64,000 nucleotides of DNA, taken from NCBI GenBank assembly GCA_964614525.1, contig CAZTPA010000007.1, positions 3,709 through 67,708 on the forward strand, given 5' to 3'. The notes below the pieces were generated by a model that saw nothing but the letters and a program-made list of their open reading frames with translations, was not told where the DNA came from and made no database searches. This document shows positions 1 through 8,275 of the stretch, in pieces (position 1 is the stretch's first letter; each line of letters begins with the position of its first letter). The position numbers and the translations under genes were made by a program. Source of the DNA: an uncultured Bacteroidales bacterium. GTDB taxonomy: Bacteria; Bacteroidota; Bacteroidia; Bacteroidales; UBA7960.

Positions 1-1
1 C

Positions 2-642
2 ATTATTAAAGCTTTCGACGGTTTTGCATGGTTAATGCAAATAATTCTCTTTCTTACTTTGGGCTTACTTGTTTTTCCAAGTCAGGTTTTCCCGATTGTA
101 GGAATAGGTCTGATTATTTCTTTGTTTTTAATAATTGTTGCACGCCCCTTGAGTGTTTTTTAAGTTTATTATTTGTTAATGCTAAGAATAAGTCGCGCTT
201 GTTTGTTTCCTGGGTGGGACTGAGAGGTGCGGTGCCAATTGTTTTCGCCATCTACCCTTTAATTGCCAATCTTGAGAAATCGCAAATGATTTTTAATATA
301 GTTTTCTTTATTTCTCTTACTTCGCTCATTATGCAGGGTACATCTGTCGCAAAAGTTGCCAAATGGCTTCATGTTTCATTACCAATGAAGGCGAAACCAA
401 AAACTCCACTGGAAATATTTCTGAATGATGATGAAAAGTCTGAATTTGCAGAATTCAAATTAAGCAATGATTCAAGTGCCATAAGAAAGAAATTATTTGA
501 ACTTAGTTTTCCTAATACAGCTATTGTTGCATTGGTAAAAAGAAATAATAAATACCTGGTACCAAATGGTTCTACAAAATTGAAGAAGGGCGATCTTTTA
601 GTTATTTTATCAGAGGATAAGCAAGGTATAAAAGCACCATAG
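2..642 (+). pseudogene. CPA1-family K+/H+ antiporter (NhaP2/CvrA-like), 3' part entering from the left edge; reading frame broken at a T6 run
   Basis: Frame 2 is open from the window edge. It reads [53 protein letters not shown] and stops at TAA 161-163. The family-typical sequence continues in frame 1 (ORF 28-642) as [30 protein letters not shown], followed by a TrkA_C/RCK_C-like tail (AIVALVKRNNKYLVPNGSTKLKKGDLLVIL). One extra T in the run 156-161 would join the frames. Confidence 0.75.
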
Positions 643-659
643 ATTGCCTGGAATAGCAG

Positions 660-790
660 ATATTTTCCACATATATAAATAGCAATATTCAAGCAAAATT
701 CATATTGTGAATAATATTGTGCTTTAACCGCAATGTTCACAAAGTTTTTCGCTGGGTAGGCAGATAATATTGGTCAGCCCGAATTTTTCT
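660..790 (+). repeat. Possible degenerate copy (C0) of the promoter-bearing intergenic repeat family
   Basis: ttttccacatat at 663-674, then agcaatattcaag, then aaagtttttcgctgg at 741-755. These resemble the ctttccacatat / gctatatttgat / aagtttttc blocks of copies C1, C2 and C4, but with different spacing. Confidence 0.3.
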
Positions 791-1013
791 CTCTTTGAGA
801 CTTTTTATGCCTCCTTTAAGTCTTTTGCGTTATTTCTTAAATTCTTATAATACAAGAGATTCACAAAGCTGATTCTCTTGAATTATTTCTAAAAATCCAT
901 TACATTTGAAAATATTTTAAATCAAACGAAGAATTGCAGATAAGCTGCCCCAAAGCACCGGAAATTGCGCTAAGGGCAAGTGTAATAGAATAATTTCATA
1001 AAGAAGCTATCAT

Positions 1014-1904
1014 ATGACACTTCTACATGAAAAGGCACAAGGAAGTTCAAGCTCAATAAACTATGGACGAGCATTTGGCATAGGCATAGGACTTAATATA
1101 GCATTTGTAATTATAGAAGTCATTTATGGATTAACTGCTAACTCATCCGCACTTTTGGCTGATGCGGGCCATAATGCAAGTGATGTGCTCGGGTTGGTTT
1201 TTGCCTGGACAGCAGCCTGGATGGCTACAATCAAACCTAAGGGGAAATACACTTATGGCCTGCGCAAAACTACAATACTCGTTTCTATATTAAATGCCTT
1301 GCTGCTTTTCGCTGCGGTTGTTTTAATTGTATGGGATGCTATCGGAAAATTCAGAAATCCCCAACCCGTTGCCGGAACTCAAGTGATGATTGTAGCCGGA
1401 ATAGGAGTTATAATTAATACCTTCACTGCATTATTGTTTGTAAAAGGACAAAAAAAAGACCTGAACATAAGAGGGGCATATCTTCATATGGCTGCTGATG
1501 CCGGTGTGTCTTTGGGTGTGCTGGTAGCCGGATTATTAATTCATCTCACAGGAAAGCAATGGATTGATCCGCTTACAAGCCTCCTGGTTGTCTCAATTAT
1601 TTTGTGGAGCACCTGGCAATTATTAACTGATTCAATTGATTTGGCTATGGATGCTGTACCAAAACATATCGATATTGAAAAAGTAAAAAAATTTCTGCTC
1701 TCTAAAAAAGGGGTAAAAAGCATTCATGACCTGCATATATGGGCAATGAGTACAACAGAAGTTGCTTTAACAGCCCATCTTGTAATGCCTGGCGGTCAAG
1801 ATGATAAGTATTTATCTGATTTGCAAGCCGAACTTGATCGTGAATTCGGAATCAATCACACAACTTTTCAAGTAGAGAAAGAGAAAATTGAAAAAAGTTA
1901 TTAA
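1014..1904 (+). CDS. Cation diffusion facilitator family divalent-metal efflux transporter (CzcD/ZitB-like)
   Basis: 296 aa with six predicted TM helices. CDF hallmarks are ALLADAGHNASDV in TM2 and HMAADAGVSLGV in TM5, plus a cytoplasmic C-terminal domain (HDLHIWAMST). Confidence 0.85.
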   Translation: MTLLHEKAQGSSSSINYGRAFGIGIGLNIAFVIIEVIYGLTANSSALLADAGHNASDVLGLVFAWTAAWMATIKPKGKYTYGLRKTTILVSILNALLLFAAVVLIVWDAIGKFRNPQPVAGTQVMIVAGIGVIINTFTALLFVKGQKKDLNIRGAYLHMAADAGVSLGVLVAGLLIHLTGKQWIDPLTSLLVVSIILWSTWQLLTDSIDLAMDAVPKHIDIEKVKKFLLSKKGVKSIHDLHIWAMSTTEVALTAHLVMPGGQDDKYLSDLQAELDREFGINHTTFQVEKEKIEKSY

Positions 1905-1977
1905 AATGTTTTTAATTCTTTTTTTAGCTAAGATGTCATTATCTTTGAAATGCATTAAAAAAGAGTGCTTTAAATGA

Positions 1978-2580
1978 TTGTCAATAATGATAAAATGTGA
2001 AAATATAAGCCTGGATTTTGATGGGAAAACGGTTTTTAATAAGCTCAATATCCATGTTAAAAAAGGAGAGCATCTTTGTATTAAAGGTACTTCAGGAAAA
2101 GGAAAATCAACTTTATTGAAACTTCTGCAGGCATATGTTGTGCCCAACTCCGGAACTATAGTGATTAATGAAAACAGACTGAACTCCTCTACCATAAAAG
2201 AAATACGGAAGCTTATGGTCTGGATTCCTCAAAATATTAATTTGCCGGTTGAAAATGGAATTGAACTTGCACAAATGTTGAATGCAGCAAATAAACTGCC
2301 TGATATTGAAAAACTTGCGGAACAACTCGGACTGGAAAAGGAACTTATCCATAAAAATTTTTCCAAAATTAGCGGAGGGCAAAAACAAAGAATTATCATT
2401 GCTATTTGCCTGGCTTTAGACAAGGAAATAATACTAATGGACGAGCCTACTGCATCACTGGATGATGATGCAATTAATCTGCTGATAAAAACAATCCGGA
2501 CATTTAAAGATAAAACCATCGTGTCTGCTTCTCATAATAATTTGTGGGTAAGTGCTGCCGAAAAAACATATCAACTATGA
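1978..2580 (+). CDS. ABC transporter ATP-binding protein (FetA/YbbL-like)
   Basis: Walker A GTSGKGKST, signature ISGGQKQRI and Walker B ILMDEPTASLD. The stop overlaps the start of the next gene (ATGA at 2577-2580). Confidence 0.85.
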   Translation: MSIMIKCENISLDFDGKTVFNKLNIHVKKGEHLCIKGTSGKGKSTLLKLLQAYVVPNSGTIVINENRLNSSTIKEIRKLMVWIPQNINLPVENGIELAQMLNAANKLPDIEKLAEQLGLEKELIHKNFSKISGGQKQRIIIAICLALDKEIILMDEPTASLDDDAINLLIKTIRTFKDKTIVSASHNNLWVSAAEKTYQL

Positions 2581-3416
2581 ATGCTGTTATTGATATTGGT
2601 ATAATAGAGCTTTTGCTGAGTTTTATAATTCTGATTCTGCCTATAGCATTTTTGCTTTATTATAGAATAAAAATTGTAAAAAGCACTTTGGTAAGTATTC
2701 TCCGAATGGTTTTGCAGCTTTCCCTGGTTGCTGTTTACCTTGAATGGGTATTCGAGGAAAATAGTGCCTGGCTTAATTCCTTATGGGTTCTCATAATGAT
2801 AATGGTTGGGGTATATACTACCATAAAAAGGGCGTATCTGAAATTTAGGTATTTTGTTTTTCCTCTTTTTATATCGGGATTAACATCAGTGGTTATAATA
2901 GATGCATTTTTTTTGGGAGCTATTATTCAATTGGATTATGTGTTTGATGCCCAGTATTTTGTTCCTATAACAGGCATGGTTTTAGGGAACGCCTTAAATC
3001 ACAATATTATTGGCTTGCGCACCTATTTCAAAGAGATGTATGAGAAATCCGGTTTGTTTCAGTTTTTACTTACAAATACAGGAAATAATATGAAATTAAC
3101 CTTGCGACCATTCCTGTCAGAAGCTATAAAACAAGCACTAAACCCCTTGATAGCGAATATCTCCGTGATGGGATTAATATCGTTGCCCGGCATGATGACA
3201 GGTCAATTGCTTGGCGGTAGTTCTCCTGCTGTAGCCATAAAATATCAGATTATGATTGTACTGGCAATTTTTGTTGGATGCACAATTAATCTGTTTTTAA
3301 GCATTATGATTTCAAATAGATTTGTTTTTGATGATTTTTATAATTTAAAAGAGGAAAAGATTTTTCCGGATAAAAAGAAATTAAAAACAAGAAAATCTAA
3401 AAACAATAATTCCTAA
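2577..3416 (+). CDS. ABC transporter permease, UPF0014 / FetB (YbbM)-like
   Basis: Polytopic membrane protein, translationally coupled to the upstream ATPase. The ITGMVLGNALN motif is typical of the YbbM/FetB family. The start is set at ATG 2577 (MNAVIDIG) rather than the ORF-track start at 2544. Confidence 0.7.
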   Translation: MNAVIDIGIIELLLSFIILILPIAFLLYYRIKIVKSTLVSILRMVLQLSLVAVYLEWVFEENSAWLNSLWVLIMIMVGVYTTIKRAYLKFRYFVFPLFISGLTSVVIIDAFFLGAIIQLDYVFDAQYFVPITGMVLGNALNHNIIGLRTYFKEMYEKSGLFQFLLTNTGNNMKLTLRPFLSEAIKQALNPLIANISVMGLISLPGMMTGQLLGGSSPAVAIKYQIMIVLAIFVGCTINLFLSIMISNRFVFDDFYNLKEEKIFPDKKKLKTRKSKNNNS

Positions 3417-3460
3417 AAGTTTTAAATATTGTCTCTTCTTTGTTGTCTCTTGACACAAAA

Positions 3461-3488
3461 GGAAAAAGTCAAGGCTGCAGACTTTTCC
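3461..3488. terminator. Stem-loop between convergent genes (candidate terminator)
   Basis: ggaaaaagtc-aaggctgca-gacttttcc forms a stem of about 9 bp. On the minus strand it is followed by ttttgtgtc. Confidence 0.4.
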
Positions 3489-3681
3489 TAACGAATCTAA
3501 GCTTACTCCGCATAAAATTTGGAACGCCATGAAAGCACCTAATAATTGCCTGGTGGGAATAAAAATTGATTGCAAACTGATAAATGCTTGTTGTATGACC
3601 TAAAAACAGCCTGAAGTCCCTGCGCCTTTGATATACAGCTATTGGCAATAGATTAGAGCAGTAAATTAACAAATTGCAACG

Positions 3682-4665
3682 CTAATTATCTGTAATCAGA
3701 TTAATTATTTGATTCACTGCAGACTTTGATTCTTTCAAACTGCCTATCAAAACCCAAACATGAAACATCTTTGGATATTCAAAATATTTAAGCTTTGTAT
3801 TTGTTTCTTCTACAATACTGACTAATCTTTTACAATCCGGCCACATAATGTCATGCGTTCCAATAAAAACTGAAATCTCTGGCAGGCCTGAAAAGTCTCC
3901 ATAAATTGGACTTACAAGATAGTTCTCTGGATTCAATGAATCTGCATACAATTTACCTGCCATTTGAAGCCCTTTAAGACTCAGCATCTTATCTTTTTTG
4001 TCAACAATTGGTATTTCCGGCTCAGTTAATGTGATATCAAGCCATGGCGATATCATAATGATTTTATTGGGAAGTTTAGCGTTTTTGTTTCTAAGATTTT
4101 GCACAAAACTCAGTGCTAATCCGCCGCCTGCAGAATCTCCCATTATAATAATATTTTCCGGAGAAGTTTCCGAGATTGCTTGCCGGTAAACTTCATCCAT
4201 AAAAGAGAAAACATCAAAATAATTGGCATCAGGTGCCAAAGGATAATCCGGTACAATAAAAGAAGCATTTGTTTCGCTGAGCAAAACACCAATAAATTCC
4301 CAGTGAATTTTGGAGAGATTAGCTATATATGCACCTCCATGCAGATAAATTATTACTTTGTCGGACTTAGCTGCTTTTGGACTTAAATGAAAAACATCTC
4401 TTCCTGAAATTTGACGAATAGAGATATTAGTATTTTTTTTTAGAGACCTTGGGATGTTAGCAGCATGTTGATCAAATTTATTATTCAGCAAAGATTTCTC
4501 AATATGCTTTTTTATTCCGGCAATCGTCATTCCAAATTTAATCACCTTAGATTGAATGCTTTCAGCTTTGTCGTGTATGTAAATATTTGTTGAATCCACA
4601 GAGGCCATAGCAGAAAACTTAAACAGAATTAAAATAACAGAAACAATAATCCCGGAAACATTCAT
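3682..4665 (-). CDS. Alpha/beta hydrolase, hormone-sensitive-lipase-type esterase (Abhydrolase_3)
   Basis: Oxyanion motif HGGAY, nucleophile elbow GDSAGG, and a distal Asp/His (GTHDIM, MFHVW). There is an N-terminal signal or anchor. Confidence 0.8.
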   Translation of the reverse strand: MNVSGIIVSVILILFKFSAMASVDSTNIYIHDKAESIQSKVIKFGMTIAGIKKHIEKSLLNNKFDQHAANIPRSLKKNTNISIRQISGRDVFHLSPKAAKSDKVIIYLHGGAYIANLSKIHWEFIGVLLSETNASFIVPDYPLAPDANYFDVFSFMDEVYRQAISETSPENIIIMGDSAGGGLALSFVQNLRNKNAKLPNKIIMISPWLDITLTEPEIPIVDKKDKMLSLKGLQMAGKLYADSLNPENYLVSPIYGDFSGLPEISVFIGTHDIMWPDCKRLVSIVEETNTKLKYFEYPKMFHVWVLIGSLKESKSAVNQIINLITDN

Positions 4666-4783
4666 TTACATTGAGTTATGAATATGCAGATTCAAAGATA
4701 ATAATAAATGACAAATGTAGGATTCATTATAAAAAGGATAACTGCAAGATAGATTTTGATTAGGATTGCGAATTCATTTAAGT

Positions 4784-5449
4784 TTAATGTTGTTTTATCA
4801 ATTGCTTCATCTCTTTGCGATGAAAAACCTTAAAGCCTTGATAATCTTCTTTTGCGGCGGCCAACATTGCTTTTGCCACATTATCAGATTTAATGGGTTT
4901 CATTTGAGAGGGGAGGAAAACGGACATAGGAACTATAATGTACTTGCCTATTAACTCTCCAAACCTGAATTCTTTTCTTTTGCCAAGCAGAAATGAAGGA
5001 CGGAATGCAATTGCAGTTTTTACACCTATGCTTTTAATGGTATCTTCAACTTCGCCTTTTAAGCTTAGGTAGAAATTCTTGCTTTTACTGCTTGCTCCCA
5101 CAGATGAAACAAAGATGAATTTTTCACATCCGGTTTCAACACAAAATTTCGCCGCATTAACGGGGATGTCAAAATCTACTTTCCTGTATTTTTGCTTGTT
5201 GCCTTTTACCTTTTTGTTGGTTGTGCCAACAGCGCAAAAGACCACATAGCTTCCGCTTATTGCCGTTTTATAGGCTTCATCATCAGCAAAATCAATTACT
5301 TTGACACTTACTTTTGGATGTTCAGTTTCAAGAGGCCTTCTTGCAATAAGCCGTATTTCAGAATAATTATCATCATTTTTCAGCAAATTAAGCAGACGAC
5401 TTCCAATCAGTCCGGTGGCACCAATTATTGTTGCAGTTTTATTTTTCAT
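4784..5449 (-). CDS. NAD(P)H-binding atypical SDR family oxidoreductase
   Basis: N-terminal Rossmann motif ATIIGATGLIGSRLL. 221 aa. Confidence 0.7.
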   Translation of the reverse strand: MKNKTATIIGATGLIGSRLLNLLKNDDNYSEIRLIARRPLETEHPKVSVKVIDFADDEAYKTAISGSYVVFCAVGTTNKKVKGNKQKYRKVDFDIPVNAAKFCVETGCEKFIFVSSVGASSKSKNFYLSLKGEVEDTIKSIGVKTAIAFRPSFLLGKRKEFRFGELIGKYIIVPMSVFLPSQMKPIKSDNVAKAMLAAAKEDYQGFKVFHRKEMKQLIKQH

Positions 5450-5604
5450 GATACTATCGTTTATGAATTAACAACAATTGCGGTAAAATGTTGAGAGATG
5501 AAGTTAAATTTCAACTTTTTCTTTTACCAATAAGGCTTACAAGGGTCCATTTAATTCCCTCATAATCCTGTTTTATGTTCTTAACTTCTCTAAAATCATT
5601 CTTT

Positions 5605-5710
5605 AACTTTCCACATATTTATTCCAAAAACCCGCTATATTTGATAGATATATTGAAAATTTGCGAAGGTTTTAGACTTCTTGTCTCGCTATTGCGTGGA
5701 ACTGCTGTTG
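5605..5710 (+). repeat. Promoter-bearing intergenic repeat, copy C1
   Basis: aactttccacatatttattccaaaaacccgctatatttgatagatatattgaaaatttgcgaaggttttagac...gctattgcgtggaa. It contains TAtaTTTG, which matches the Bacteroidota -7 box TAnnTTTG. Confidence 0.7.
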
Positions 5711-5820
5711 GCATCTGTCACTAAGATTAATAAATTGCACATCACGATGAAATATTTAAGTATATATTGTTAAATGTGTTGTGCATTTTGTATCTTTGGA
5801 AAAAATAGTTAACTAAAGCA

Positions 5821-6990
5821 ATGAAAACTCTCTATCAGAAATTTGAAACGCTTTTACAGAATACTACAACAGATTTTAAGCGATATTTATACGAGAAAGT
5901 TTCTTGGAATAGTCGAATGATTGGGATTATTGGAGCACGTGGTGTTGGCAAAACGACTATGGTTTTGCAATACATCAAAGAGAATTTAGACAGTAAAAAA
6001 GCCTTATACGTTTCTGCTGACGATATGTATTTTGGCGAAAACAAACTTTTTGATTTAGCTGATGATTTTTACAAAAATGCAGGAGAGTACCTGTTTATTG
6101 ATGAAATACATAAGTACAGCGACTGGTCGCAAGAATTAAAGAATATTTACGATTCATTTCCTTCTTTAAAGGTTGTCTTCACCGGCTCTTCAGTACTTGA
6201 CATACTAAAAGGTTCAGCTGATTTAAGTCGCCGTGCCGTAATCTACAAATTGCAAGGACTCTCATTTCGGGAATATTTAAAACTATTTCATAACTTTAAA
6301 TATGAAGTTTACTCACTGGAGCAGATAGTCAATAACGAAGTGAAGCTAACTGATATTAAACATCCGCTACCACTGTTTAGTGACTATTTAAAACGCGGTT
6401 ACTATCCTTTTGGACTTGAGAATGAACTTGATTTACGTTTAGGGCAAATTATCGTACAAACATTGGAGACAGATATTCCGCAATATGCCAATCTCAATGT
6501 AGGAACAAGCCGTAAATTAAAGCGATTGCTTTCGATTATTGCTGAAAGTGTACCCTTTAAACCAAATTTTTCTAAAATATCAGGAATGATTGGTGTGAGT
6601 CGAAACTCATTAGACGATTATTTCTTATATATGGAAAAAGCTGGGCTTATTAGTCAGTTAAGAAATAAAACAAGTGGAATTCGCGGATTAGGTAAGGTGG
6701 ATAAAGTTTATCTGGATAATACCAATATAGTTTATAATTTGGTTGGAGATAAATCTAATATTGGAAACATTCGTGAAACCTTCTTTTTCAATCAAATGCG
6801 TCTGCATAATGAAGTAATATCCTCTGAAAAAGCTGATTTTATCATTGATGATTATACGTTTGAAGTTGGTGGTAAAAAAAAGCAAACTGCCCAAATTGAG
6901 AAAGATGGGAAATCATTTTTAGTAAAAGATGATATTGAATTTGGATATCTTAATGTAATACCACTTTGGGCTTTTGGGTTTAATTATTAA
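5821..6990 (+). CDS. AAA family ATPase with DUF4143-type C-terminal domain (COG1373-like)
   Basis: Walker A GARGVGKTT and Walker B LFIDEIHKY, with a C-terminal region typical of the AAA_14 plus DUF4143 architecture. Confidence 0.75.
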   Translation: MKTLYQKFETLLQNTTTDFKRYLYEKVSWNSRMIGIIGARGVGKTTMVLQYIKENLDSKKALYVSADDMYFGENKLFDLADDFYKNAGEYLFIDEIHKYSDWSQELKNIYDSFPSLKVVFTGSSVLDILKGSADLSRRAVIYKLQGLSFREYLKLFHNFKYEVYSLEQIVNNEVKLTDIKHPLPLFSDYLKRGYYPFGLENELDLRLGQIIVQTLETDIPQYANLNVGTSRKLKRLLSIIAESVPFKPNFSKISGMIGVSRNSLDDYFLYMEKAGLISQLRNKTSGIRGLGKVDKVYLDNTNIVYNLVGDKSNIGNIRETFFFNQMRLHNEVISSEKADFIIDDYTFEVGGKKKQTAQIEKDGKSFLVKDDIEFGYLNVIPLWAFGFNY

Positions 6991-7148
6991 ATGTCGAAAA
7001 TTAAAAATGCCAGATGGCAATATATGACTATAAATTTCCTGAACTACCCAGCGAGAAGTCCCGCTTGAAAAAATCCTATGCACTTATCGAGGGTTTTGTT
7101 TGTTTTTTTGAATGGCTTTCCCGGAAATAAGGCAAAAATTCAAATTTT

Positions 7149-7250
7149 AACTTTCCACATATTTTTTTCAAAAAACCGCTATATTTGATGAATTAATTGA
7201 ACATTAAAGAAGTTTTTCAGACCGCTTGCATCGCTTATGCGGGGAAATGG
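7149..7250 (+). repeat. Promoter-bearing intergenic repeat, copy C2
   Basis: aactttccacatatttttttcaaaaaaccgctatatttgatgaattaattgaacattaaagaagtttttcagac...gcttatgcggggaaatgg. Same orientation as C1. Confidence 0.7.
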
Positions 7251-7308
7251 TTTTATCTTTAAGAATAAGAAGCACAACATACAATCAATAAACGGACTAA
7301 GACAAATA

Positions 7309-7680
7309 ATGAAAATATTATTGGCAATCGGGGCAGGTAGTTTTATCGGAGGCGTGTTGCGTTACTTGCTTTCTCAAATCATACAGGCAAAGTTTTTCTC
7401 AACTTTTCCATTCGGGACTTTAACAGTAAATATTATAGGCTGTTTTTTCATAGGAATGGTTTTCGGTTTGACAGAAAGGGGCAACCTGACACCAGAATGG
7501 CGACTGTTTCTTGCAACCGGACTGATTGGAGGGTTTACAACTTTTTCCGCTTTCTCATACGAAACAGTTGCATTGCTTCGTGACGGGCAACTTTGGCACG
7601 CTTCAGCATATGTTGTTTCTAGCGTATTTATTGGATTGCTGGCAACTTTCATCGGCATATCAATCATTAAACTTTTTTGA
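7309..7680 (+). CDS. crcB: Fluoride ion channel CrcB (Fluc)
   Basis: 123 aa from ATG 7309 (MKILLAIGAGSFIGGVLRY). Four TM helices and the GGFTTFSAFSYE motif. Confidence 0.9.
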   Translation: MKILLAIGAGSFIGGVLRYLLSQIIQAKFFSTFPFGTLTVNIIGCFFIGMVFGLTERGNLTPEWRLFLATGLIGGFTTFSAFSYETVALLRDGQLWHASAYVVSSVFIGLLATFIGISIIKLF

Positions 7681-7683
7681 AAA

Positions 7684-8031
7684 ATGGAAAATAATCCCAA
7701 TGCTCGACTGCTTCGAATCTTCGTCGGTGAGTCCGACAAACACGGACAACAACCATTATACGAGACAATTGTGTTTGAAGCAAAAAAACAAGGCTTGTCC
7801 GGTGCAACTGTGACAAGAGGAATAATGGGCTTCGGCGCCAACTCAAAAGTTCACACTACAAAATTGTTCGAAATTTCGTCAGACCTTCCTTTGATAATTG
7901 AAATAGTGGACGTGGAAGACAAAATAAAAATGTTTACCCGGACAGTTGAACAATTATTCGAGCAAACAAAATCGGGCGGAATGATTACAATTGAGAAAGC
8001 AGAAGTAATCAGATATAAGCACGGACAGTGA
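7684..8031 (+). CDS. DUF190 (PII-like fold) protein commonly paired with crcB
   Basis: LRIFVGESDKHGQQPLYETIVFEAKKQGLSGATVTRGIMGFG. Starts 3 nt after the crcB stop. Confidence 0.75.
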   Translation: MENNPNARLLRIFVGESDKHGQQPLYETIVFEAKKQGLSGATVTRGIMGFGANSKVHTTKLFEISSDLPLIIEIVDVEDKIKMFTRTVEQLFEQTKSGGMITIEKAEVIRYKHGQ

Positions 8032-8275
8032 TTCGGACTGCAGCCAAAACGCCGGAGAAACAGTTTTGCTTTGAAAAAATGCAGATTAAAAGGAAGGATA
8101 AAATAATTATCTTTGGTCTATAAAACAAAGAACCCGGCTTCATCACCAACGAAAAACCGGGAGAGGAATAAGGGGTCTGTATTACAAAAACTCTGAATAA
8201 ATGCATAAGTATTTGCTCTCTGTAATTACAAAATCATAAGCAGCGATAAATTTTGAACTATCAAAAACATTAGAA

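Noticed and set aside
369-740. 123-aa minus-strand ORF overlapping the 3' end of the antiporter gene
   Set aside because: It is antisense to a region with clear TrkA_C-like coding signal on the plus strand. The translation is low-complexity with no recognisable motif, so it is a shadow ORF typical of AT-rich DNA.
900-1013. NiCo (czcD-motif) riboswitch upstream of the CDF gene
   Set aside because: Only a 4-bp hairpin and a 5-bp potential pairing were found. There is no four-way-junction-like arrangement or conserved core that I can recognise.
2544-2576. ORF-track start (2544) for the FetB-like permease
   Set aside because: The extension MGKCCRKNIST lies inside the upstream ATPase gene. ATG 2577 gives the classic ATGA stop/start coupling and begins right at the first TM helix.
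3540-3650. Possible minus-strand copy of the repeat family (gctgtatatcaaagg ... ggctgttttt ... ttatgcgg)
   Set aside because: Only short fragments match, and the spacing between blocks is about 70 nt longer than in C1-C4. I cannot distinguish this from chance by eye.
5605-7250. MITE or IS interpretation of the repeat family
   Set aside because: I could find no terminal inverted repeats or target-site duplications at the copy ends, and no transposase or integrase is present in the window. The copies are direct and all on one strand. I therefore report them only as a repeat/promoter-leader family.
7200-7308. Fluoride riboswitch upstream of crcB
   Set aside because: I found none of the conserved core strands I recall for the crcB motif. 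The region is explained by repeat copy C2. This needs cmsearch to be definitive.
7374-7841. 155-aa minus-strand ORF spanning crcB and the DUF190 gene
   Set aside because: It is antisense to two well-supported genes and has no motifs.
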